Source: Scyliorhinus canicula (taxonomy: Eukaryota). Taken from it: a stretch of DNA of 64,000 nucleotides. Positions within the stretch are counted from its first letter, which is position 1, and every line of letters starts with the position of its first letter. The stretch lies in the NCBI RefSeq assembly GCF_902713615.1, contig NC_052162.1, positions 108,217,811-108,281,810 of the forward strand, read 5' to 3'. Made by a program: the position numbers and the translations under genes. The notes under the pieces are model-generated. The model was given only the letters and a program-made list of their open reading frames with translations. It ran no database searches and was not told where the DNA came from. Shown here one piece after another: positions 1-10,029 of the stretch.

Positions 1-256
1 CAGTCTGCATTATCAAATTTGGTATATTGTGAACTCCCCTCATTTATGTAGCCGATTGTCCCCTGCTCCTCTTCTCATTTTAACCAGAATGTCCGCGAAT
101 TGGTTACAAGCGGGGGTGTAGCGTGATTAGAATTGTAACATTTGAAGCTTCTTTACATTCACGTGGCTTAGTGATCAAACATGTCTCACATCTTAGCTTT
201 GATGGAAAATTCTATTTGATTAGCAAATCTCAGTTTCGTCTCTGTTCTCCTTGCAG

Positions 257-1129
257 TTAACTTACTGGCGATTCTGATACTTTCTCGAGGAAGATGCAGC
301 CTCTCCACTTGCACCACTCGCTACCTGGTGGCGATGGCAGCGTCGGATCTGCTGGTGATTAGCATCCAGGTCATGGTGAACAGGATAAAATATTATTATT
401 TTACGATGTGGTTCTTGGACGTCACTCCTGCATGCAGTGCTCAGTGAAGCCGTGGACTGTTCTGTTTGGTTCACTGTCACCTTCTCTTTTGATCATTTTG
501 TGGCAATTTGTTTGTATACGTTTAAAACAATGTACTGCACTGAGAAAACAGCGACTATGGTGCTAACAACTTGTTGCATTCTGTTCTGTTTTTAAAATGT
601 TCCCTTCTACTTTATATATGAATCTGGAGAGATAAGAGATAATGTCCCATGGTTGAGTTCCACTTAGCCAAGTTATTATCCTGAACCAGGGTGGGTAGGA
701 TTTGATTGGCTAAATAAAGTTTTAACTCCATTACTCCCGTGCGTGTTAATTTTCCTGTTTAATGCGTTGACAGGCAGATACATTTTAGTGTCCAGTAGAG
801 TCCGAAAGAGACTGAGGGTTGAGCAAAGAGAAGAAAATCACACAGACAAAGAAATGCAGAGCAGAAAAAATTCCATAATTTTACTCTTCAACATATCCGG
901 TAGTTTCCTAGTTCTGTGGTTGACAACAGTAATACATTTCATTCATTACGCCACAACAGGAACAAATTCTGAATATTACACTAGTTCTTTATATGATTTT
1001 CAACAAGCAGCTTTTATTTTTCAGAACGTAAGTTCTTGCACAAACAAATTAATTGATGCTGTGTATCAAGCCAGGTTCAGAGAGTAGTTCAATCGTGCGT
1101 TCTGTTATCCGGCTACATCAATTGTTTGA
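257..1129 (+). pseudogene. GPR139/GPR142-like class A GPCR, large coding exon 2, pseudogene
   Basis: Acceptor ttctccttgcag|TT AAC (phase 1). Reads (V)NLLAILILSRGRCSLSTCTTRYLVAMAASDLLV...TPAC, then after a frameshift AVDCSVWFTVTFSFDHFVAIC...YCTEKTA...LTPLLPCVLIFLFNALTGRYILVSSRVRKRLR...EMQSRKNSIILLF...SSCTNKLIDAVYQARFRE*FNRAFCYP. Lesions: frameshift/TGA at ~445, TAA 593-595, TAG 665-667, TAG 1085-1087, DRF->DHF. Confidence 0.9.
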
Positions 1130-1485
1130 TTGGGTAATATGCCGAAATGTCGATCTCGATAGGTGGCCTATTCTAAAATTTAAATATCATGGGTGTGACA
1201 TTAATTATCAGGAATGTCAGCCGAACGATACTAACAATATTTAAGATGTAAAATAAATTGTGTATGATCAGCGGCCGCACGCATTGTATTTCGGACTTTT
1301 CTTAATAAAATGGTTGCATCTTTCTCGAACGAGACTAGGTGGCTAATTTAATTTGCTTTAAGTACACAATGTTGGAAATTCTCAGCATGTTTGGCAACAT
1401 GCAATGAGTGAGACAGAGAGATAGATTTCCAAGTCGAAAGTGAATTTTCTGTACATTGATCAACGTATTTTACCTTCTCTATGTA

Positions 1486-1712
1486 AGTAAAGCCGCCATA
1501 GTCCCAGATGACCTTAGGCTGCTTTCCCCTTTGAGGGGGAGAATTGACTGGTAGTGATTTAACCTGAGGATCACCACACCTCAGACGAGGGGCAAGGTTC
1601 AGAAAGCGGGATTTCATGATTAACTTCAGTTGTTACGGAAAGTAAACTTGCGTTATTGGCATCGCTCTGCATCACACATCAGCCGCCCAATCAATTGAGG
1701 TAAATCGGCTCC
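1486..1712 (-). mobile_element. tRNA-derived SINE, second family, decayed
   Basis: Matches a remembered common shark SINE body (CCTTGCCCCTCGTCTGAGGTGTGGTGATCCTCAGGTTAAATCACTACCAGTC...GGGACTATGGCGGCTTTAC); exact family not verified. Confidence 0.55.
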
Positions 1713-2119
1713 GCGTAATGAGTGTCTCGACAATACTACGCATGCAGAGATTAGCCCCCTTTTCAAGTTATTCCTCGGGACATTACAGCACAGCCTGGAT
1801 CCAAAGTAAGTCTCCCTGCAAAGTGGTCCATCAATACAATGACAGAGCGAGTGGAGTGCACGTTATATGTTCGCCGAAGTCCCCGATGATCATTACTTTT
1901 TATTCAGTCCCAAGGCAGAGTGATGATCTGTTCTCTCCTGGCGAATATTGCCTGCTTACCCCAAAGATATCACACAGAAGAACGGTGTTTTTTTAAATCT
2001 TTTCCATGGATGTTGTAACTGTTGCATCGCCGTGGTCTGAAGTCACATGTAGCCCACGCCAGGTAAGGAGTACAAATGCCATTTCGTGATTTGAAATTTT
2101 TGTGTCAGGTTATTATTCC

Positions 2120-2245
2120 GAATCCAAAACAGTTAGGAGGGGTTATTGGGTTACGGGGATAGGGTGGAAGTGAAGGCTTAAGTGGGTCGGTGAAGAATCG
2201 ATGCGTCGAATGCCCTCCTTCTACACTGTATGTTCTATGTTCTAT
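2120..2245 (+). mobile_element. HE1-like SINE 3' fragment
   Basis: Near-copy of the 3' end of the SINE at 2382-2721, ending in a (TGTTCTA)n tail. Confidence 0.75.
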
Positions 2246-2381
2246 GATTGTTAAATACCTGCATATCAATGAAACAATTGAATTGACTTTAAATTGTACC
2301 TTGGCCATGTTGGGATTGAACGCACGTCGCCATGAAATCGGACGCATGGATTAATATCCAGCTAAGTTAAAATTAAGCCAT

Positions 2382-2721
2382 GGTAAGCATAGTAGCGCAA
2401 GTCGATATCACTCTGGCTTCACAGGGCCAGGGTCCCAGGTTCGATTCCCCGTTGCGTCACCGTCTGTCTAGAGTCTGCACGTTCTCCCCGTGTCTGCGTG
2501 GCTTTCCTCCGGGTGCTCTGGTTTCCTCCCACAGCCCAAAGACGTGCAGGTTAGGGGGTTTGTCCATGCTAAATTGTGCTTAGTGTCCAAAAAGGGTAGG
2601 AGGGGTTATTGGGTTACGGGGATAGGGTGGAAGTGAGGGCTTAATGTGTCGGTGCAGACTAGATGGGCCGAATGGCCTCCTTCTGCACTCTATGCTCTAT
2701 ATTCTATATATTCTATATTCT
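2382..2721 (+). mobile_element. HE1-like V-SINE (tRNA head, V-domain, CR1-derived tail)
   Basis: B box GGTTCGATTCC, V-domain (TTTCCTCCGGGTGCTCTGGTTTCCTCCCACAG), tail GATGGGCCGAATGGCCTCCTTCTGCAC plus a simple repeat. Confidence 0.85.
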
Positions 2722-2904
2722 CAGCCATCTTGTGTCTTTCGCGAGAGATGTTAAAGAGCAAAGTACAGAATAATGTTCGCAATTCCAGAAAGCAATTGAG
2801 CCCAGTGGCAGCACTGATTATACGCAGGGTGATGATCCCATTATCGGACATTATCAAATAAATCCGAAATGGTACCAGCACTGTTTATATATGGCGCAAC
2901 ATGC

Positions 2905-3035
2905 TTTCTGACGTAGAATCATAGAATGTGTAATGCAGAACGTGGTCATTCGGCCCATAGAGTCAACACCGCCCCCTGAAGAGCACCCTAACTAATCTCA
3001 CTCCTCCACCCTTTCTCTGTAACCCAGCAACCCCA
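2905..3035 (-). mobile_element. HE1-like SINE 3' fragment
   Basis: Reverse-complement tail (ATCATAGAA...CATTCGGCCCATAGAGTC). Confidence 0.6.
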
Positions 3036-3299
3036 TCAATCAGTCATCTAGCAGTAACCCTGCCATGTCAGGAAGAGAATTCATTCTTTCCGAAAGATGC
3101 TACTTAACGAGAAGATATCTTGTGACCAAACTTTCTCTAGTGTGCGTGCACACACGAGGGAACAATTAACTGAAAAATATGTTGTGCAACTTTTAACGTA
3201 GCACATATCTGGTAGGCTATCATATTTTACTTCAGGTTATAACGCAATATTCATTTTGTTTTCAGTAAAATCATCTTAGTTTCCACAACGAAATCATTC

Positions 3300-3940
3300 A
3301 TTAATACCTGTCAGGTCCTCTTCTAGTGTGATATCTGGGGTCCCAGTGTACACTACTCTCCCTTTGCGGAGAACGTGTTTTATTTGAAGGTGTTCCATTT
3401 CCTGTGCTTTTGCTAGTTTCCACTCCCTTGTCACTTCGTCCAGTGTCGCCAGTCTGCGCCCTACGTAGATGACCCCGACCGTCAGTGAGCCCCCAGCCCA
3501 CCTCCATCATTTGAATGTGGTATCTAGCATGGCTGGGGGGAATCTGTGATTGCGGCAGATGGGGGACATGGGGGACATTTTATTGATCCCGAAGTGTTAT
3601 CTCGACTGGATCCACGTTCTGTGGGTGGCCGCTACCACTGGCCTCGTTGTGTATCTTGTTGAGGAGGATGAGAGTGCTGCTTTAGGCAGGACCTGGAGGG
3701 TCGTTCCTGCAGAGGATTCTTCCTCCATTTGTACCCAATCTCTGTCGGGTTCTTGTACCTATCCCCTCACTCTTTCTGCCGTTGCTGCCCAGTGGTAGTA
3801 TTGTAGGTTTGGTAGGGCCAGCCCTCTTTTACCAGATTTAAATTGATGAGATCTGCACTGGATAGAAAGGAGGTTGGAAATGCTCAACGTTGGGGAGGCG
3901 GTTAACGTGTAAATTGCCTGTCGTTTTCCCACCTTAAAGG
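3300..3940 (-). mobile_element. L1/Tx1-like LINE ORF2 C-terminal fragment
   Basis: Minus strand reads GLALPNLQYYHWAATAERV...MSPICRNHRFPPAMLDTTFK, homologous to 11300-11650. Confidence 0.75.
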
Positions 3941-5875
3941 TGCGTTGCTTACATCAACTATAGAACGCATGAACTAGGGCGGCCCTGAAACTGCCCTCGG
4001 CAACAACCACGAATTACTTTCTGCTGCACACAAACAAATATACAGCAATAAGTAAAACAAAAGTTGGATTAAATGATCAAATTTAGAGCTCTATTCAGCT
4101 TAGCTTTGCAGAAAATTCTATCTTTTTGAATCTACTGCGGAGGTTTTGTCAACAAAAAGTCTATACGAGCAATTGTTTAGGATTGATCGAAAAATCGTTA
4201 GAATCAATTGTTCTAATAATCGAAGCATGGCCAATAATCAGAGCATATTTTCCTTATTCACTTAGTTAACTCAAACATGTTGACAAAACTTCCGTTCCAT
4301 CAGTTGTACTTGTACTTATTCCACAGTCGCTTCGACTGGATCTACAGAATGGTAATAAAATAATTTTAATTCATGCAAATCAGCAAAACAAAAGCACATC
4401 CATACCATTGAATTTTTTGTGGACGAAAACAAAGAACCTAAAGTATTCATTGAACTGAGTAAAGGGCAATTGAACAGGAGACTTTCTTTAGCCTCCACTC
4501 TAATCAAGGATGGAGAATTTGGCGCGCAACCAAATCTCTCATTCACTGCATCCGGACCTGAGAACCCTGCTTCCGTGAACGGACTGACATTCCCACCCTG
4601 CCATTCTGTAACCATAGATTGGGAGATCTTGTGGCGCAGTTGGAGTGTTCTGCGATACTTCAGGTTCTTATCCCAATTCAGGACTTGATAACCACGGCAG
4701 GAGCAATCACAACCTGGGCAACAAGTTTCATTGTGGCGCTGTTAATCCTTCTAGTTGTCTAGATATAGAATAGCCAAGCATAATCATTGACCTATCCAGT
4801 GGATGTTCATGGCCATATGGACGTTTTGGCAATGGTAACTGGAGCAGGAGGAAAGATCGATGGATAATTCTCCAATTACCCATGTGTGCACAGGACTATG
4901 GTATTTGGCTACACCCTCTCAAATGGCATGAGTCGAAAGAAATATCAGTTTAATGTCAATAAAGGATGATTTCGAGGCACATTAAAGTTCTTATTGAAAG
5001 CATAAAGCGTAAAGAGTATAATTAAAAATCTGGATTTATCAGGTTTTTGTGATATATTTAATGAGAACAAGGAAATTAGTATAAAATATTCAGCTGACAT
5101 TTGGCTGATCATTCCCACATAGACTTTCCATGCTGCATAAATAACAAGCCATTGAGAGTCAGCTGAATGGAAAACACGCATGACACGTGAAAGGAAATAA
5201 AGATAATAGATGTCGATATGAAGGAAAGAGATAGAAGGAACAGTATGTATTTTCCTTCCGTTCAGCACCGATCTTCATGATTTGTCCTTTGTGATCGAAT
5301 GAGACTAATTCCAATTTACAATATCTCATTGAGTTTGCACAGGCATGGCTGAAATGGGAGAATGATTCACTCGACACAAGACCTGACAGTATTTAGACAG
5401 GCCAAAGAGCATCTCCATGCTCCACAATCATGCTCTGAGCCCGAACCGCTCGCTCGAGAATCACTGATCACAAACAACATTACCGTGTTGTCAAAACAAA
5501 TTCGAAATTGCACGGAGTCAACAGACAGCAGGGGACTTGATGGAATTGGAAAAATTGAGGGAACAATCAGATCAATCATGAATGGCCGAATGGCCTACTC
5601 CTGCTGTTATTTGCTATGTCGGCCATCATTGTTATGGACTGGGAATGCATTCTACGAAAACGAAGTTTCCAAAAGCCATACTAGTATTATGACAACATCA
5701 AAGTGATGCAATTTGATTTTATTTGAATGAACTGTCATTGCAATTGAATTTCTTCTGGACTAATTGTGGCATGGGAGATTTGCAGAAAGCATAAAAGAGC
5801 CACGGTTGCATATTTGACACAAAATAAGTTAATGTCTCTGCTACACTATACAGACGTCGGAGAAAATCAGAGAAA

Positions 5876-5945
5876 ATGCACGGAAAGGTACCCGGCCCGG
5901 TATATGCCATTTACTATTCAGTTCTTGCAGCATTTGGTGTGCCGG
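5876..5945 (+). CDS. Exon 1 of a second GPR139-like GPCR paralog (exon 2 not found in window)
   Basis: ATG at 5876 gives MHGKVPGPVYAIYYSVLAAFGVP followed by G|GTAAGA. The phase-1 donor matches the phase-1 acceptor of the exon-2 type at 257 (G|TT AAC = V-N). Confidence 0.75.
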
Positions 5946-6139
5946 GTAAGACTACTTAGGCTATGCATTTGTTTCCTTGGATCATAAGCCACACTCTTAC
6001 TTGTTGTTATATTGTCAAGTCACAAATCTATTGATAGCAAAACGAAACTCTAATTGTGTCTTTCGCGGATTCCTCTCTGTATATAATCCACATAAATATT
6101 AATTTACATAATCCAAAGAATGCACTATTTTAAAAATCC

Positions 6140-7320
6140 GCACACAACTTTTATTTACCAAATGTAAAGTGCATATCCAAGCAATTTCTGCTGGTTCTGC
6201 TCCACTGGCTGCGCATATGTCTTCACTATCTCTGTGAATTAAACATTCTTCTATGATTAGGTGCGTCGTTTTCAGGATCTAACAGGCAGATAAAGGTCTG
6301 GAACTAATGCAACATCTGTGATTTGGCAGCGCAGGGGTGGTGGCCGGTCCTGTACATGTTTAGGCTTGACCACTCTTCTTTTGAATGTTGAAACCAGACA
6401 GCGGTTGGGTTGAGTTTGACTCGAGGTAATTGTTTTTCATGTCCAATGATTCACATCCATTTGTCCAAGTGTAATTTGCGTTGACCTCCTGTTAGGTACG
6501 TGTTTCTTTCCCCAGACACGCATTCCTGGTAGCAGTAATGCATTTGATCGGCTGAATAGATCAGATAGTGGCAGTTGGGTGGCATTGCGGCATTTTTCTT
6601 TCATTTTGTGGAGTGTTGTATGTCAGACAACATGTGAAATAGTGGTGTTTCCCGAGACGTGAAGCAAATGGAATGGGTTTGAACGCAATGATCCAATAAG
6701 GAAACGCATGGTAGTATAAAGCTGGGTGTCAGATATGTGTTTGTGAGTATGTGTGTGTGTTTGTATGTGCGTGTGTGTTATGGTCACGCCTAAAGAGGGC
6801 AGCGGTATTCTGCTACTGAGTATAAGATTGCGAGTTCTGAGGGTCAGTTAGTGCTGGTAGCAGTATGCCACATTGAGCCGGCTAGTTTTCAGTCCAGTTG
6901 TTTCTGAAATTGATCTTGGTGTCAGTTGTTCTTAGATGTTCCCGGAAGCTTTGTGTCTGAACTAAGGTCACATCGAGGTATCTTGGAGTTGGTTGCGCTT
7001 TAAAATTGTAGCCTTTCGTTTTGATAGTAAGCTTTTTTCTTGCTTTTAGGAAGGATGGAGCAAACTGGATACTGTTTCTCCATGGCTTGGTTTAAGACAC
7101 ATGTGTTACAGTATTGTTCAGGTTTTTACACGTACTCCTTTAATTTCCAGTCCAAGGTGTCGCCACCAGGGTCTTGAATTGCAAGGCAGATGTCGACGGC
7201 ATATATGAATTTTTCGGCATAACTGAAGGTAATTTGTGGACACTTTAAACAGGGTTCGAGCCTTTGCGATGTTCATTGGTTTGTCCATTCCATCTATTTT
7301 TCGACTTTCCAACGTAATCT
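6140..7320 (-). mobile_element. Vingi/Ingi-clade non-LTR retrotransposon, 3' part of ORF, decayed
   Basis: Minus-strand peptides across frameshifts: KFIYAVDICLAIQ (YADD), PRYLDVTL, KLAGSMW, LYSVAEYRCP, EWSSLNMYRTGH, IIEEC, IAWI. A (TG)-rich tract lies at ~6735-6780. Confidence 0.65.
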
Positions 7321-7329
7321 AATGTTAGT

Positions 7330-7645
7330 ATAATCCGCACACAGCCCTGTTTATACGATCCACACAATGCTCTGTTGATATAACTAGCACAATGCTTTGT
7401 TTATATAATCCACACATTGATCTATATAGATAATCCACACTGCGCTGCTTTTCCAATCATCACGCAGCCCTGCTTATATAATCCATACTGCTCTGTTGAA
7501 AAACCAGCACAATTCTCCATTTACATAAACCACACATTGACCTGTATAGATAATCCACATACTGCGCTGTTTTTATAATCCGCACACTGCACTGTTTATA
7601 TAATCCACAAACTGCCGTGTTGAGAAAATCCACACGTTTATCTGT
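7330..7645. repeat. Degenerate ~24-25 bp minisatellite with 120-bp higher-order period
   Basis: About 13 units of ATAATCCACAC...(TG)TTTAT; the segments starting at 7381/7501 and 7405/7525 align exactly 120 bp apart. Confidence 0.75.
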
Positions 7646-8229
7646 ATGCGTCTCTGTCTGAGACAAAATATCTCGATGCTGACTGGTATTATTCGGCCAG
7701 TGTCCCTCGCTGTCGGGGAGAATTTCGCCCATTCTCCTGTTGTTATTGGTCCCTCTTCCTCAGTGAGCTCACCACCCTTTAATGAATAAAAATAATTGTC
7801 CCTATCTGCCATAGTGAAACGCACAATCTACTAATCTTGAGTTGAAAATAAACTCTATTTCCCCTGAATTCGCAAATGGAGTTTTTCAACATTCTATTCC
7901 TTTATCGTTTCTTGTTCAATTGTTCCCCGCAGGTGATTATACACTCTTTATCCAATCTATCAAAGTATTTCACAATTATAAAGGCCTCTGTATGATAGCC
8001 TCTCAGTTTTCATATTTTTACGAGAGAGAAACAGCCAGCCTGTTGTTCCTTTCGTGATATCTGTACCCACCCGTTGTTGGTGGCAACCTTCTGAATTTCT
8101 CTGAAAACTCTCCAGCATATCTCTTTGTTCAATAATGTGATGGGAAGAACTTCATGTAGTGGCATCAAAGTATTTAACATGATTCGATAGAACTTCCTTT
8201 AAACGTCGCTCCTTTCTAATTTGATTGCA

Positions 8230-8480
8230 CCAATCATAACATTGACAATAACATTACAATCTTTATTTTGAGAATTATTTGTACGATCATTATTATCCTA
8301 GCTTTGTTAACATTGTCAATGGTGTCATTACTATTATTATAACTATACTTATAATTAATGTGCTTATTATAAATGCCGTCATAATTAATATTGCTCCTAT
8401 TCTTGTTATTATTTTTATTTGCATTATCTGTATTATTTTCTGCTCATCGTTATGTCAATTTCATTCTTAATATTGTTGTT
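8230..8480. repeat. AT-rich low-complexity (ATT/TTA) tract
   Basis: Degenerate ATT triplets; explains the Ile-rich spurious ORFs at 8279 and 8391. Confidence 0.7.
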
Positions 8481-8599
8481 GCACTCTGTCTGAGAACTGA
8501 AAGGACACATTATGCTCGAACTTTGAAGCGATTATCTCGATCTTTGTCAGGAAATAATGATTTCTGTTTAGGCTTTTGCCTGTCTTTGAATGTGAAAAT

Positions 8600-9348
8600 T
8601 GTCATGCGAGTGTCCATTTAAGAAATGTTTGTTTTATCACATGGCTTAAGTAATGTCAATGTTTGAGTGGAGCTGGGCTGTGGCTCCGGCTTTTGCTTTC
8701 GTTTTTAACTGGAAGTTGGCTGCAGTAGAAGAAGGTGTTCAGATCACTTGATAAATTAAAGGTGATAACTGTTTTCTGTAAAGAATTCAAAACTGCTTTT
8801 TTGTTAAAAGGGTTTTCCTGGTTTTATTGGATGTTGTTATCAATTTGAAACACCAGAAATGGAAGTTATTAAGAGTTACATATAAAGAGAGAACTGTAGC
8901 TGTGTGGGAAATTTGAAAAATGAAATGAAATGAAATGAAAATGAAAATGAAAATCGCTTATTGTCACAAGTAGGCTTCAAACGAAGTTACTGTGAAAAGC
9001 CCCTAGCCGCCACATTCCGGCGCCTGGTCAGGGAGCCTGGTACGGGAATTGAACCGTGCTGCTGGCATGCCTTGGTCTGCTTTCAAAGCCAGCGATTTAG
9101 CCCTGTGCTAAACAACCCAAAATTGATGTTTGTAGTTGATTTAAAAAATGCTTACTGTGTCTGTGTTTATATAATGTTAACTGAATTCGTAGAATAAACT
9201 TTGTTCTGTTTAAAAGTGCTTAAGGCCTCTGTTAAAACAATACCTGAAAAATAGGACCTTTTGCTGCTCGTAATCAAAATTAATAAACAGTTGTAGATCA
9301 GGTGAACTCCCTGATATACTTTGGAGTTTTCTAAAACCAGGCCCATAA
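8600..9348 (+). mobile_element. Putative solo LTR interrupted by a SINE
   Basis: Begins TGTCATGCGAGTGTCCATTTAAGAAATG, contains AATAAA, and ends CCAGGCCCATAAA, similar to remembered shark LTR ends (...CATAACA). No TSD recovered. Confidence 0.4.
8925..9118 (-). mobile_element. Short tRNA-derived SINE, third family
   Basis: Reverse complement of 22641-22822 and 30715-30905; B box GGTTCAATTCCCG; (TGAAA)n tail. Confidence 0.85.
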
Positions 9349-10029
9349 AGTATTATGATTAAACACCAGTTGCAAGTAAGTCATCCTTTGTGCCTTTAAT
9401 ACCACACGAGGGGGCAATGGGATGACTAACGTGTTGAAACAGAAAGCAGACAGAGTAAAATTTTCATAGAGAAAACAATTCTGGACAATATCCAAGTCTC
9501 CTCGTAAGTTTAGAGGGCAACCCAATCCAGGGAGACCGTTTAATGTCAAGATTTGCAAGGATGATTAATCATTCCGCTTCTGGTAGTGAGAGGTTTCTGA
9601 AACCATGCAATATGGTTTCAGAAAATCTGTTTGCTGCTGATAATGGTTGTGCGTGATTTCCATTTGCCTGCACTGTTCAGGGATAAAAAAAAATCAGGAA
9701 ACTGGTCATCGATCCATTAATTAGAGAAGACGTGCACCGACTGTGAACGGTATAGAAAAAGGTTAGGTTTGATTTTTCGCTTGAAAAACATTTCCCAATT
9801 ACATTCTTTCCTCTGACCGACCCAGTGCCTTTATCAATGTTAAAAAGGCCATTTCCTCACTATCTCTAGGACTGGGCTGTATAGATATTAAATTAACTCA
9901 CTGTCTCCCTTCATCATAGCTCTTATGAATAGGGTAAATTAATCCTCCTGCCCCGCTTTCTTCCCGTAGTCTGAATAAACATGAAACGAATCCCACTGGT
10001 GTATTTTCTCTTACAACCTGTACAAATAT

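Noticed and set aside
4316-4760. ORFs at 4316-4615 (-; ESLLFNCPL faintly V-domain-like) and 4419-4688 (+), plus a hydrophobic stretch near 4700-4760
   Set aside because: No conserved Trp or second Cys, no RSS and no consistent splice structure; treated as chance.
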